Shown here piece by piece: positions 8,759-19,300 of a DNA stretch of 25,071 bases. The notes under the pieces were generated by a model that saw only the letters and a list, made by a program, of their open reading frames with translations, did not search any database and was not told the origin of the DNA. The translations under genes were made by a program, and so were the position numbers. This DNA comes from Planctomycetota bacterium (GTDB taxonomy: Bacteria; Planctomycetota; GCA-002687715; DRQF01), in contig JALTLO010000031.1 in NCBI GenBank assembly GCA_027001995.1, forward strand, positions 1 to 25,071, written 5' to 3'. Within the stretch, counting starts at the first letter, position 1, and every line of letters starts with the position of its first letter.

Positions 8759-10272
8759 TGCCAAGAAAATCTCGCCAACTTGCCCAGGCTAATGAAAACT
8801 TACGGGGGGAACTCAGAACCCACGCGAGGCGCGCCAAGGGCGTTCTGCGCTTTCAGCGTGGAATCGAAGCGCTCCCAGAGGCTTTGGTTGAAGGCATGCC
8901 TTTCCTTCTGGTGGCTCCGGCGGTCTATCTGCTGCTTCGCATCATCTTGTGGTTCTCAGCACCTATAGACCCGCCTATGGGGTTTGGGTTGGCAGTCATG
9001 GGGCTCCTGGCTCCTTATGTCCTATTCGTTTTGGCTCAGGTCATCTCGGCAGCTTGCAAAGCTGTTCCCTTTAGCGCTGCTCTTCGGCATGTGGATGATC
9101 AGCTTCATTTGGCGGATCGACTCCAAACCGCAGCGGATTTCTTGGATCGCCCTCAGAGGACAGCATTCATGGAGGCTGCCATCGAAGACGCTTCCACCGC
9201 GAGTGCAAGAGCCTTGGGTGAGCCTTTGCGCATTGAGCCGAATGTAGAAGTGCCGTCTTCGCGAGCTTGGCTTTATCCACTTGGGGGTGCTTTCTTGGTC
9301 TTCCTTGGGATCTTGATTCCTATTGCAGGAACACCGAAAGGCCCGATACAAGTGGCGTCAGAAAAGCAGATGGCAGGGTCCGATGTTGCGACTGCTCAGG
9401 ATGAAGGGCCCATGAAGCCTGTTGTGCTCCCCGGTGCCACGCCCAAACTACAGAAGCCGAACAAAAGCGAGGACAGTAAAGCAACCGTTGGTGCCAGCGG
9501 GGCTCTATCACCCAAAGATCAAAAGATGAAAGCGGGTTCAGGCAAAACGAAGGCTGGAAAAGCCGCTCCGGTTGGAGCCCCCAGTGGATCAGCACAAGCC
9601 AAGGGTGCTCCCAGTGACGAGGGCAAGCCCGCTCGGTCGAAGAAGCTGTCGCGGAAAAAAGCGAAGCCCCGGAAACCAAAAAGTGGCCAGGATCGAATTC
9701 CCAAGGGCAAGAAGCAAGAAGATGATCGCCAGTCCGGGGCCACCATGGGGCGAGGTTCAGGTCAAGGCAGCTCGAAGAACCCAGTTGCTTCCGAGTGGAG
9801 TAGCAAAGACCAGACTCCTCAGGACGACGAAGAACCAGAAGACGACGACGAGGAAGTCGAAGATGAGAGTGAGAAGTCAGACGCCCGAGGTGGCGTCCAG
9901 CCGAATCTTCGAGATCGGCGACCTCCTTCCAGTCGCGACCTTGCAATTGGCTTTGGCAATCGCCCAGGAGGTGACGGCCGTGGGGGACCTTCCCAGCGCA
10001 AGAAATCTCGGGGCACAGCATCCTTGGTTTTAGGAGTCCCTATACCTGACCACATTAAGGGTCAGATGAACCCCGGAACAACGAAGATCACCCAAGAACG
10101 CATTGAGCCCAAAGAAGAAGAATCACAGGCCATTAAGGCAGAAGCAAGAGTTGCCCGTCGGGGCTACGCTGGGGCGGCTCAGACTCCCTCGGCGAACCCT
10201 CGGCTGAATCAAGTCATCGAAAGTTATTTTCGTGCACTGCGTGCGAAATCGGAAAAGGATGAGAAAAAATGA
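8758..10272 (+). CDS. MoxR-operon membrane protein with 3 predicted TMs and a long low-complexity C-terminal region (DUF4175-like architecture)
   Basis: GTG overlaps the upstream TAG by 1 nt. Three hydrophobic segments, the ALRHVDDQLHLADRLQTAADF motif, a ~300-aa G/K/S/P/D/E-rich region and a terminal PRLNQVIESYFRAL helix, all typical of the membrane partners found beside MoxR/DUF58 genes. Confidence 0.8.
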   Translation: MPRKSRQLAQANENLRGELRTHARRAKGVLRFQRGIEALPEALVEGMPFLLVAPAVYLLLRIILWFSAPIDPPMGFGLAVMGLLAPYVLFVLAQVISAACKAVPFSAALRHVDDQLHLADRLQTAADFLDRPQRTAFMEAAIEDASTASARALGEPLRIEPNVEVPSSRAWLYPLGGAFLVFLGILIPIAGTPKGPIQVASEKQMAGSDVATAQDEGPMKPVVLPGATPKLQKPNKSEDSKATVGASGALSPKDQKMKAGSGKTKAGKAAPVGAPSGSAQAKGAPSDEGKPARSKKLSRKKAKPRKPKSGQDRIPKGKKQEDDRQSGATMGRGSGQGSSKNPVASEWSSKDQTPQDDEEPEDDDEEVEDESEKSDARGGVQPNLRDRRPPSSRDLAIGFGNRPGGDGRGGPSQRKKSRGTASLVLGVPIPDHIKGQMNPGTTKITQERIEPKEEESQAIKAEARVARRGYAGAAQTPSANPRLNQVIESYFRALRAKSEKDEKK

Positions 10273-11285
10273 CAGCAGCAAGCGACCCATCAACAGCCAA
10301 AGAAGCAGCATCGAAGTTCAAAGCCGTTCACCAAAAGATCAAGGATGAAGTGTCTCGGGTCATTGTCGGCCAGGGAGATGTTATTGACGGTGTTTTGACA
10401 GCGCTCTTTGCCGGCGGCCATGTGCTTCTGGAAGGAGTTCCAGGACTGGGGAAAACCATTTTGGTCCGAACTCTTGGTGAGGCCGTTGATCTCGATTTCT
10501 CTCGTATCCAGTTTACTCCCGACATGATGCCTGCGGATATCCAAGGGACTCAAATTCTCGTTGAGGTCGAAGGTGGAGGGCATGAGCTGGAATTCCAACA
10601 GGGCCCTTTGATTGCCAATCTTGTTCTGGCAGACGAAATCAACCGGGCCACTCCGAAAACGCAATCGGCCTTGCTGGAGGCCATGCAAGAGCGGACGATC
10701 ACGGTGGGTGTTCGCACCATCAATCTTGCTGACCCCTACTGCGTTATGGCGACTCAGAATCCCGTAGAGCAAGAAGGAACCTATCCACTTCCAGAGGCCC
10801 AACTTGATCGCTTCCTGATGAAGCTCATTGTTGGTTACCCAGAAGAAGCTGAATACGGGGCCATTCTTGATCGGACCACCGGCAATGAAGAAATGAAAGT
10901 CTCGAAGGTATCCAATGGCGAAGAGATCATGGCCATGCGTGAGATCATTCGCGGGGTCCCTGTTCCTGATCATGTCCAGCGTTATGCCATTCGCTTGGTG
11001 ATGGCTACACAACCTCATAGTGCTCACGCTCCCGTGGTAGTGAACGAAAACGTGCTTCTCGGCTCGAGTCCTCGTGGTGCCCAAGGTTTGCTCTTGGCGG
11101 CCAAGGTCAAGGCGATTTTGGATGGTCGTTTCGCTGTTGCCAACGAGGACATTGTTGGGGTTGCCCATCCGGTCTTGCGCCATCGCCTCCACGTCAACTT
11201 TCAAGGGCAAGCCGACGGTATCGACAGTGATCGTGTGATCGATGGGGTACTCGCTCATGTCCGCGCCACTGGAGGACAGGGCTGA
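10269..11285 (+). CDS. moxR: MoxR-family AAA+ ATPase (MoxR-proper type)
   Basis: Walker A GVPGLGKT, RIQFTPDMMPADIQG, Walker B LVLADEINRATPKTQSALLEAMQE, ATQNPVEQEGTYPLPEAQLDRF, SSPRG and VLRHR motifs all intact; 338 aa. Confidence 0.97.
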   Translation: MTAASDPSTAKEAASKFKAVHQKIKDEVSRVIVGQGDVIDGVLTALFAGGHVLLEGVPGLGKTILVRTLGEAVDLDFSRIQFTPDMMPADIQGTQILVEVEGGGHELEFQQGPLIANLVLADEINRATPKTQSALLEAMQERTITVGVRTINLADPYCVMATQNPVEQEGTYPLPEAQLDRFLMKLIVGYPEEAEYGAILDRTTGNEEMKVSKVSNGEEIMAMREIIRGVPVPDHVQRYAIRLVMATQPHSAHAPVVVNENVLLGSSPRGAQGLLLAAKVKAILDGRFAVANEDIVGVAHPVLRHRLHVNFQGQADGIDSDRVIDGVLAHVRATGGQG

Positions 11286-12181
11286 TGACAACAGGGATCG
11301 CCTTCGCCGAGCTCTTTGATCCTAAGTTCTTGGAGTCCCTGCAGCATCTCAAGATTGTCGCTCGCCGGGTGCCCCGTGGAGGGCGTTTGGCCGAGCAAAG
11401 ATCGTTGGACTTGGGGGCGGGGATCGAGTTTCGTGACTTCAGACCCTATGCCCCCGGTGATGATTTTCGCGCAATTGATTGGAATATCTATCGTCGCTTG
11501 GGACGTGTGTTTCTACGTTTGTTTGAAGAGTTGGAAGACCTGTCGCTCTATCTCATGCCCGACGTTTCAAAGAGTATGACAAGTGATGGTAAAGGCAGGC
11601 TGAGAGCTACCTTGCGGACGACTATGGCCCTCGCCGCTGTGAGTTTGAGTCAACATGACCGAGTGGGTTTGTTTCCCTTCGCGGACCATTTGCTTCAAAG
11701 TCGGCCTCCTGCCGCTGGGCGAGGCCGGGTGATGTCAATGGCAAAGCATCTTTCCGAGCTTCCCAGCACTGGCGGCACAGATCTCGTGCATTCTTTGGCG
11801 GAATTCGCCAAACGGAAACTGCGAGGTGGGCTCTTGGTTATCATCTCCGATTTCTTCGATCCTGCTGGGATCGACTCGGTCTTGAAAGCTCTTAAGCGGC
11901 AACGGCACAAGATCCTGTTGGTACAAATTGCCAGAGATGAAGATCGAGATCCTCGTTTTCAGGGAGACTACCGTTTGGTTGATTCCGAAACTGGGCAGTC
12001 TCAAGATGTCTCTGTCGATGCCCATGTTCTGAAACGATACCAAGAATCCTACGACCGCTTTCAGAACAAGCTGATCGATTTTTCGAAATCACATCCCGCC
12101 GGTTTCCTGCGGCTCAATGCTGACGAAGAGGTTGTGCCCCAGTTGGCTGGGTTGTTCGAGAGTGGGAGCTACATCGTATGA
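11285..12181 (+). CDS. DUF58 domain protein (vWA-containing MoxR adaptor)
   Basis: GAGIEFRDFRPYAPGDDFRAIDWN signature, MIDAS elements DVSKSM, GGTDL and VIISDF, directly after moxR with a TGATG overlap. Confidence 0.95.
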   Translation: MTTGIAFAELFDPKFLESLQHLKIVARRVPRGGRLAEQRSLDLGAGIEFRDFRPYAPGDDFRAIDWNIYRRLGRVFLRLFEELEDLSLYLMPDVSKSMTSDGKGRLRATLRTTMALAAVSLSQHDRVGLFPFADHLLQSRPPAAGRGRVMSMAKHLSELPSTGGTDLVHSLAEFAKRKLRGGLLVIISDFFDPAGIDSVLKALKRQRHKILLVQIARDEDRDPRFQGDYRLVDSETGQSQDVSVDAHVLKRYQESYDRFQNKLIDFSKSHPAGFLRLNADEEVVPQLAGLFESGSYIV

Positions 12182-13848
12182 TCCTGAATACCATGAGCCC
12201 CACTGTTTTGCTCTTGGGTGCAGCCGTCATTGGCGCCGCTCTTTTTGCATTACAACGATTGAGAACACGATACCGCAGGGTTGACGTACCGACGGTGATG
12301 TTTTGGAAAGAAGCTGTCGAAGAGTCTCAAGCGAGAGTCTTAGTAAGAAGGTTTCGCCATCCATGGGCCTACGTCTTGATCTTGTCGCTTTGCTTGATCA
12401 TGTGGTTTCTTTTTTCCGATCCCCAATTGGAAAGTGGCAAAAGTGCAGTGCGGGATGTATATGTCCTGAATGCAACAGCTTCGGCTCTTGTGGGCGATGA
12501 CTTTCAGAATTCGAAAGATTTGCTCATTGACGCGTTGGCCCATCTTGGTCGTGGCCACGGTGAAGTCTTTGTTTTGGATGCTATGCCGCGTTTGATTCTA
12601 GGCCCAGAAGAGTCTCCTTTGCTTCTTGAGGAACGCTTGGCCGCGGTGAAACCTAGAGACGTTCCCCAGCGGATTCTGCCGTTCCTGGATCGTATGGAGG
12701 CCGGTGCGATTTATGATGGGGTGACCCATGTCCGCCTTGTCGGTTTTCCTCAACTGAAACGGGAGAACCTTGCTAAGAGTCGTTTCCGTGTGACCCACAT
12801 GGACTCCGTGAGATCTCACAAGGAACTCAACCGAAGTGGGGTGCGTTCGATTGGCGCATCTGCTCCGCGGTCCGGTTTGGCATTCGCCGTGGATGTCTTG
12901 ATTGTTGTCGCATCTGAGAATGATTCGGATGTGGCTCTCAAAGTGACTCTTGATGGCGATCCCCTTGCTGTTGAGATTGAGAAAACTGCTAAGAATACTT
13001 TTGCTTTGCGCGATCTGCCAGCCAATGGCAAAGAACTGCTGGTTCGACTTGGACAACCTGACGCTTTGTTGGCTGACAATGAAGCGCGGTTTATTTTGCC
13101 AACCTTGTCGCCTATCGCTGTCGCCCTTGGTCAGTCTCTTGACGAGACGCTGCGCCTATTTTTGCTAGCAAATCCTTTCGTCGATTGCGCCGCGACTCCG
13201 GCGGATGTTCAGGTTGGGGGCAAGAGAGACACGGGTTTGCCAGCAATTATTGTTGACCCTCAAGCCCGGGACTTTTCGATAGAGGTGGCCCATGCCAGAG
13301 AATTGAGCTGGGTAGAGGACCAACTCTTTGGCGGCATCGATTTGAACACGGTGGGCACTCTTGCTGGAGAGTCCGCTCCGAAAATCCACGTGTCACTTTC
13401 TGATGCGGGTGTGAGGCGCCTTGTTTTCCCGGCCGCTTTGTTGAGTGAAGGACGTGAGTTCGTTTCCCGCCGTGAATTCCCCGTTCTTCTCGATCGGGTT
13501 TTGCTTTGGTTGAGCGGCCGTCCGTCTCCTATTCTCATGGTTCGCATCGGCTCGCGACTCAGCCAGAGAGACGGCCCTTGGAAAGACGCTCAGGGCCAGT
13601 TGATGAGCGCAGCCGGTTTGGACCCACGGGCTTTGAATCCAGGGATCATCACTTCTGATGCTGGGGCCAAACAAGTGCTCTCCTATTTTGGAGAAGATGC
13701 TTTTCTTCCGTCTGAAGGTGCGACGGATATTTCAGTGTCGGCGGTGAGCGCCGCCGCGAACGGTCAGATTTTCATGTGGCTTGGGCTCCTATTATTGGCC
13801 CTACTAGCTTTTGAATGGCACCTCGTTCGGACTTCAAGGATTCCATAG
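12178..13848 (+). CDS. BatA-type N-terminal double-TM protein with degenerate vWA region and C-terminal TM
   Basis: TM - RLRTRYRRVDVPTVMFW...RRFRHP - TM ending in LFSDP (BatA-like). YVLNATASA occupies the DxSxS position. Also DALLADNEARFIL and FPVLLDRVLLWL motifs, and a C-terminal anchor WLGLLLLALLAFEW. Confidence 0.85.
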   Translation: MILNTMSPTVLLLGAAVIGAALFALQRLRTRYRRVDVPTVMFWKEAVEESQARVLVRRFRHPWAYVLILSLCLIMWFLFSDPQLESGKSAVRDVYVLNATASALVGDDFQNSKDLLIDALAHLGRGHGEVFVLDAMPRLILGPEESPLLLEERLAAVKPRDVPQRILPFLDRMEAGAIYDGVTHVRLVGFPQLKRENLAKSRFRVTHMDSVRSHKELNRSGVRSIGASAPRSGLAFAVDVLIVVASENDSDVALKVTLDGDPLAVEIEKTAKNTFALRDLPANGKELLVRLGQPDALLADNEARFILPTLSPIAVALGQSLDETLRLFLLANPFVDCAATPADVQVGGKRDTGLPAIIVDPQARDFSIEVAHARELSWVEDQLFGGIDLNTVGTLAGESAPKIHVSLSDAGVRRLVFPAALLSEGREFVSRREFPVLLDRVLLWLSGRPSPILMVRIGSRLSQRDGPWKDAQGQLMSAAGLDPRALNPGIITSDAGAKQVLSYFGEDAFLPSEGATDISVSAVSAAANGQIFMWLGLLLLALLAFEWHLVRTSRIP

Positions 13849-13855
13849 CTTCACT

Positions 13856-16306
13856 ATGACTATTAGCCTATTGAAACCGATGTTCTTGCTTTTGGCTCTT
13901 GCCATTCCATTCCTTTGGTGGCGTGCTAAGTCTCTGGCAACGAGTCAGAAATGGATACGTTCTTTGGTTTTCGCCTTCTTGATTTTGGCCTTGGCGAATC
14001 CGGTGGTGAAAACCCGGGAGCCCCATGAACATCTCATTGTCATTCTAGATCAAAGCGCTAGCCTCCCTCAAGAGTCGCTCGTTCATGGGGGTGATCGGCT
14101 TCGGACGATTCTGGCCCAGGCGAAGGGCACAACGAAAAAGACGATCATCGTTTTGGGCGGACGTTTTTCCGATGCGTCTTTGGCTGACGAAGTTATCTAC
14201 CTGAACGACAAGGAGTCAGATTTGGGAGCGGCCTTGGACATCGCCGCATTTAAGTTGCAAACCGACGTCGCCGGAAGTGTGCTTGTTATCAGTGATGGCG
14301 AGTCCACCAAAGCGAATTGGGGTGATGCCGTACTCGAACTGAGCCAGCGCCATATTCCCGTGCATTGTATTGAGCTTAAGTCCCGGCAGGGCGATCTGTA
14401 TCCTTCCAGATTGAAATTTTCGACTGAACTTCGCGTTGGCCAGCCATGTGCGGGTTTTGCCGAAGTCGTTGGGGCCCGGGGAGGAGTTGAACTCACCATC
14501 GCGGAAGAAGGGAAGATCGTACAAACCCTAAAGAACCAAGTGCCCGATGCTCAAGGTCGAATTCACTTCGTTGTTGAACCGAAAGAAGCTGGTTTTCGCA
14601 AGTTTACAGTTAGTCTCGTTGGGAATGACGATGTTGATGGCAATAACAGCCTCTCGCAACTTATGGCGGTCAACGACCCGAAGAAAGTTCTCTATCTTGG
14701 CAGTCGAGTTTTGGGGGGAGCGCAAGCCCTAGGGGAACTTGTTGGTCCTGGCTTCGAGGTCAGTGCCCCGGGTCCTCAAGGTGCAGTTTCCTTTGCTCAC
14801 TTTGATCTTGTGGTGGTGGATGACCTGCCAGCGGCACGTTTCACAGAAGTTCAACAAGAAAGACTCTTGGAAGCTGCGAGAACCGCCGGTACTGGTATTC
14901 TTGTTTCCGGTGGTCCAGCTTCTTTTGGGCCCGGTGGTTATCAGTCGAGTCCCTTATCTGACGTCTTACCCGTTCGTTTTCTCCAGAAAGAAGAAAAGAA
15001 AGACCCAAGCACGAGCTTAGTGATCATCATTGATACCTCTGGATCTATGGGGCGCACCCGGGTGCAGTTGGCCAAGGAAGTAGCACGGTTGGCCATGCGC
15101 AGACTCTTGCCCCACGACAAAGTCGGTATCGTCGAATTCTATGGTGCGAAACGATGGGCGGCTCCATTGCAACCGGCTTCGAACGCCATCGAAATCCAGC
15201 GAGCGCTCAATCGCTTGCAAGCTGGTGGGGGCACCGTGATCATGCCTGCCATCGAGGAGGCCTACTATGGTCTTCAGAATGTGAATACCCGCTACAAGCA
15301 TGTTCTTGTTCTGACTGACGGGGGGGTGGAGAGCGGTGCTTTTGAGCCTCTTATTCGCAAAATGGCAGAACGTGGAGTGAACACATCCACTGTTCTTTTG
15401 GGCCCTCGGGCTCACAACGACTTCTTAGTGAACTTATCCCAATGGGGAAAAGGTCGCTTTTATGCCGTCCCCAATCGTTTCAACTTGCCCGAAATCTTGC
15501 TCAAACAACCTACGAGTTCGAGGCTTCCTGCGTATCGACAGGGCTCCTTTGCTGTCAAAGCCGATGGGAGGGCCTACTGGTGGGGTGATATCGATCCAGA
15601 ATCAGTGCCTCCTGTTTCCGGTTTTGTTGAGTTAAAACTCCGTCCAGGAGCAGAAGCACCGTTGCGCGTCGCACAAGGTGAAAGCCCTTTGGTGGCCACT
15701 TGGATGACGGGGCGTAGTCGGGTGACGATTCTCAGCACTGAACCCTTAGGACCAGGAACGGCCAGTTGGAAGAATTGGGCTGGATATGGACAATTCTTGG
15801 CCCATCTGTTCTCGCGCACAGCACGTCCGAGCCACAACGCTGTCACCTATGAATTGGCGCGGGATGGCAACCGGGTCACAGTGATGGCGAAGCAGATCTT
15901 GCCTGATGGCGCAGCGCCCAAAGCCCGATACTTAGAGGGGAGCTCCTGGAAACCTCTGGTTTTTCACGAGAGAGCCTCGGGCCTTCGGGTGGCAGAACTT
16001 GCATGGAAGAACTCGGATGAATTTCGAGTTATCACGGGATCTTCCCATCGTCTCCTGCTCGCCAAAGGGGAGAAGGATGATGTCGAGCTGCAGGTAAGCC
16101 CCACTGAAAGGCTTGACCTGGCATTGCTTGCCTCAGATTGTGGTGGACAGTTTGAGTCCACTGCTGCCGCTCCTATCTCTTTAACATATTCAGAAGCACA
16201 GGGGCCCTGGGGGCTCCAGTTTCTCGCGCCTTGGTGTTTTCTTTTGGCTTTGTTGACCTACATCTTTGACGTCTTCAATCGGCGTCGCGATCGACTGTTG
16301 AGGTAA
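13856..16306 (+). CDS. Membrane-anchored protein with two vWA domains and a class I glutamine-amidotransferase-like domain (816 aa)
   Basis: N-terminal double TM ending LALANP. vWA1: ILDQSASL...SDLGAAL...VISDGE. GATase1-like: FDLVVVDDLPA...GILVSGGPASFGPGGYQSSPLSDVLPV. vWA2: IIDTSGSM...GGGT...VLTDG. Second GATase-like half: PLVATWMTGRSRV...WKNWAGYGQF. C-terminal TM followed by RRRDR. ATG 13856 preferred over TTG 13811. Confidence 0.9.
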   Translation: MTISLLKPMFLLLALAIPFLWWRAKSLATSQKWIRSLVFAFLILALANPVVKTREPHEHLIVILDQSASLPQESLVHGGDRLRTILAQAKGTTKKTIIVLGGRFSDASLADEVIYLNDKESDLGAALDIAAFKLQTDVAGSVLVISDGESTKANWGDAVLELSQRHIPVHCIELKSRQGDLYPSRLKFSTELRVGQPCAGFAEVVGARGGVELTIAEEGKIVQTLKNQVPDAQGRIHFVVEPKEAGFRKFTVSLVGNDDVDGNNSLSQLMAVNDPKKVLYLGSRVLGGAQALGELVGPGFEVSAPGPQGAVSFAHFDLVVVDDLPAARFTEVQQERLLEAARTAGTGILVSGGPASFGPGGYQSSPLSDVLPVRFLQKEEKKDPSTSLVIIIDTSGSMGRTRVQLAKEVARLAMRRLLPHDKVGIVEFYGAKRWAAPLQPASNAIEIQRALNRLQAGGGTVIMPAIEEAYYGLQNVNTRYKHVLVLTDGGVESGAFEPLIRKMAERGVNTSTVLLGPRAHNDFLVNLSQWGKGRFYAVPNRFNLPEILLKQPTSSRLPAYRQGSFAVKADGRAYWWGDIDPESVPPVSGFVELKLRPGAEAPLRVAQGESPLVATWMTGRSRVTILSTEPLGPGTASWKNWAGYGQFLAHLFSRTARPSHNAVTYELARDGNRVTVMAKQILPDGAAPKARYLEGSSWKPLVFHERASGLRVAELAWKNSDEFRVITGSSHRLLLAKGEKDDVELQVSPTERLDLALLASDCGGQFESTAAAPISLTYSEAQGPWGLQFLAPWCFLLALLTYIFDVFNRRRDRLLR

Positions 16307-16311
16307 TACGA

Positions 16312-19300
16312 ATGTTGACATTTACCAGAGCCATATGGTTCTTGGTCTTGTCCCTGTCTGTGACCCTGTTGGTACCTTGTGCCGCGGGGCAAATCATCCG
16401 CATGCGTGGTATCACCATTGCAGGTGGACCAAGCCCTGCAAATGAGGCTGCTGAATCCGATGAGGAAGCGCAAGGTCTCGAAGCATTGGATTCTGAAGTT
16501 GCCAAGAAGCTTGAAGCTGCTTTGGGCGATATGAGCGGTGCTCTTGATGACGATCTTCGCAGGTCGGCATGTTTGGTCCAGGGAACAGTCGAACCTCTCA
16601 TTCGCCGGTTGGAAGCGATTGAGAAGAGTAAGAAGTCTCTTGAGAAGTACTCTTTGGCTCGGGTCTTGGTGTTGAAGATTCGTCTTCTTCAGCCTCTGGG
16701 AGAGTTGGAAGAGGCTCTCAAAGCCTACGAGAAGCTGGAAGGTCTTGCTGAAGGCAAAGATAACCCCAGGCTCAATCTAGAAATCGCAAGATTGCTCGAT
16801 GCCAAAGGCAACCTGAGTGATGCTTTGGTCCGTTATGCTCGGGCTCTTCAGCTTGGCATTGAACCTAACCTTGAGTCTTTTATCAGGCTCAGAATCGCCC
16901 TGATCCAAGGGGATCAGAAAGTGAATTCAATTGCGAAGGGCTTACCTGCCGGCCTGTCGACAGCTGGGATTCCCCAGCCAAGCGTGCTCGATGGTCTCGT
17001 CGAATTTGCTTTGGGTTCTGATCAGGATACAAAGAACCGCTGCGCCGTTGTCTTGGCCGCCCGGGGGCATTATTTTGAGGCCACCTCTCTTTTTGTTCCT
17101 CAAGGGGAAGGCCGAAAATTATGCCGTGACATGATTCGGCTGGGAGAATGGTTTGCCGCTGCAGGTCAATACGAAACAGCAGAACAAACTATCTGGGATG
17201 CAACGCGGCAGGCGACCTCCAAGAGAGATAGGCGCTACGCTTTGAGTGTTCTGGTTGAAGTAGCACGTAAGGGCAAAGCCACGACACGTCTTTTGGATCG
17301 TTTTCGTTCAGCGAAGGGTTTGGACCCTGAATCTCGGGAAGTTTGGATCGATTTGCTCCGCAGCGAATCCCAGTTCGACGAAGCCCTCGATCTATTCAAG
17401 AGTACCCGTGGCGATTCGATGAGCGTTGGCGAGCGTCGACAGCTTCTCGATCTTTGTCGCGACGCCGGACGAGATGGAGAGCTGGTGGCGACTTACAAGA
17501 GGCTTGTCAAGGACGAGCCCAAGCGCTTGGAATGGCGTGAAGGTTTGACCCGATTCTTTATCGAACGAGGGCGCAACGAGGAGATTCCACCAGTTTGGCA
17601 ATCCTATGTGAAGGCATGTGAGGACGGCAATGACCTGATTCAAGCAGCTGAAGTGATGATGGCCTTGGGGCTGGATGAAATGGCAGAAGATACCGCGCGG
17701 CGAGCCCATGAAACGACACCTGCCTTCGCCATGTTTTTCTTGCACAAGCTCTTCGCAAACCGAGGGCGCCTGAGAGAAGCAGAAGCTGTTCTCGACGATC
17801 TTGAAAAGACCCTGCCACCAGCAAGCCGCAAAAGGGTTTTTCTCGCCGAAGCATGGGAGGCTATGCGGCAGAGACAGAAGGCCGCCGATACCTACGCCAA
17901 GTTCCGCTCTGCCCGCGGTACGGGAAAATCCGGGGAAGACGTGGACATGCGCTTGGCCTGGCTTTACTCCGAGATCGATCGAGACGACTTAGCTCTCGAA
18001 CTTTGGCGCGAGCTTTGGGAGACGGTGAAATCGATCCCGCGACAGCGTTATGTAGCCGACCGCTACTTATCCGTGGCTGCTCGGAGTGGGACCTTGGCAG
18101 ATATCGCTCTTGAACTTGAGAAGCGTTTAATCGCTAGGGAGGCAACGCAGAAGGACACCAGCCTTTTGGTCAGCCTCTATACCAAAGCCAATGATGCCGT
18201 GTCGGCTGCCGAAGTCATCGCTGAAGCAGCGGGAGAGAATCGCGATAGCCCGAAAAAGCTAGAAGAAATGGCTCGGGTCTATTTGAGTTGTGCCGACTAC
18301 GCCAACTACGAAAGAACCATTCGAAAGCTCATTAAGGTCGACCCTGAAGGGGAATCCGATTATCTTCGACAGCTCGCTATGAGTGCTTTAGAGAGAGCAC
18401 GACCTTTAGAAGCTAAGAAGATCCTGGAAAAGTTGATCACCAAGAAGGGAGGCGCCGAGAGCGCTGAGTTCGAAGCTGGGGTTCTCTCCTTGGCTGGCTT
18501 GGATGACGAAGCTATTCGGGCCTATCGCAAAGGTCTCGCCGCGAACCCGAATCGCATCGAATCCTATCTCCTCTTGGCCAACATCATGGCTAAGGGAAAA
18601 CAAAAGGACAGAGCGGTGGGGATGTTTCAACACTTGATTGAGACAGCGCAAAAAGACGATCTCTTTACCGTCGCCATTGATGGCCTCTTGAATATGGGGG
18701 CCGATCGCCCCACCTTGTCTTGGGCTAGGCGCATGACCCTTGAGCGCATTGCTCACCGTCACGACAAGACCTATCTCTATCAGTTGGTGTCCGACCTTTC
18801 CGAAGAAATCGGTGACAAAGAAATGATGCGTCGCGCCATGGAAGGCACCCTTGCCAATGCAGGAGCCCGCCGGGCCAGTGTCTTGCGCGAATTGATGGAG
18901 CTTGTTGGTGGTGGCAAAGGCAAGGAAAAACGTCTTGATTATGGACGGCGTTTGATGCGCTTGGGGGATCTTGTTCCTCCTGATGTTTATCTCAATCTGG
19001 GAAGCGCGTTCCTCGCCGAAGACGACATTCAGTCCGCTCAGCGCACTTTCGCTCAAGCCGTCGATGTTCCCGACTATGCTTCCTTCCAGAGGAAAGTTGC
19101 CAAGTCTTTCGCCGTGGCTGGTTACAAGGCAGCTGCACTGAAAGTTTTCCAAAGGGTGTTGATTGGCCAGCCTGGTGATGTTGGCCTGCTTAAGAAGGTT
19201 GCCCTCCTTCAGGAGGAGGTCGGTCGCGATGACGTGGCCGCTGATATCTACCTAAGAGCGCTCAAACTCATGCTTCTGCGTCGCCCTTTGCAAACGGCGA

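Noticed and set aside
10290..11291. 333-aa antisense ORF covering moxR
   Set aside because: Shadow frame of a highly conserved gene, with no recognisable motifs; common in GC-rich coding DNA.
10269..16306. vWA-MoxR-VMAP ternary conflict system, or RavA-ViaA / CbbQ-NorQ type system
   Set aside because: The ATPase is a stand-alone MoxR-proper type with DUF58 and BatA-type membrane partners; no VMAP, effector fusions, LARA domain or metabolic target genes were seen.
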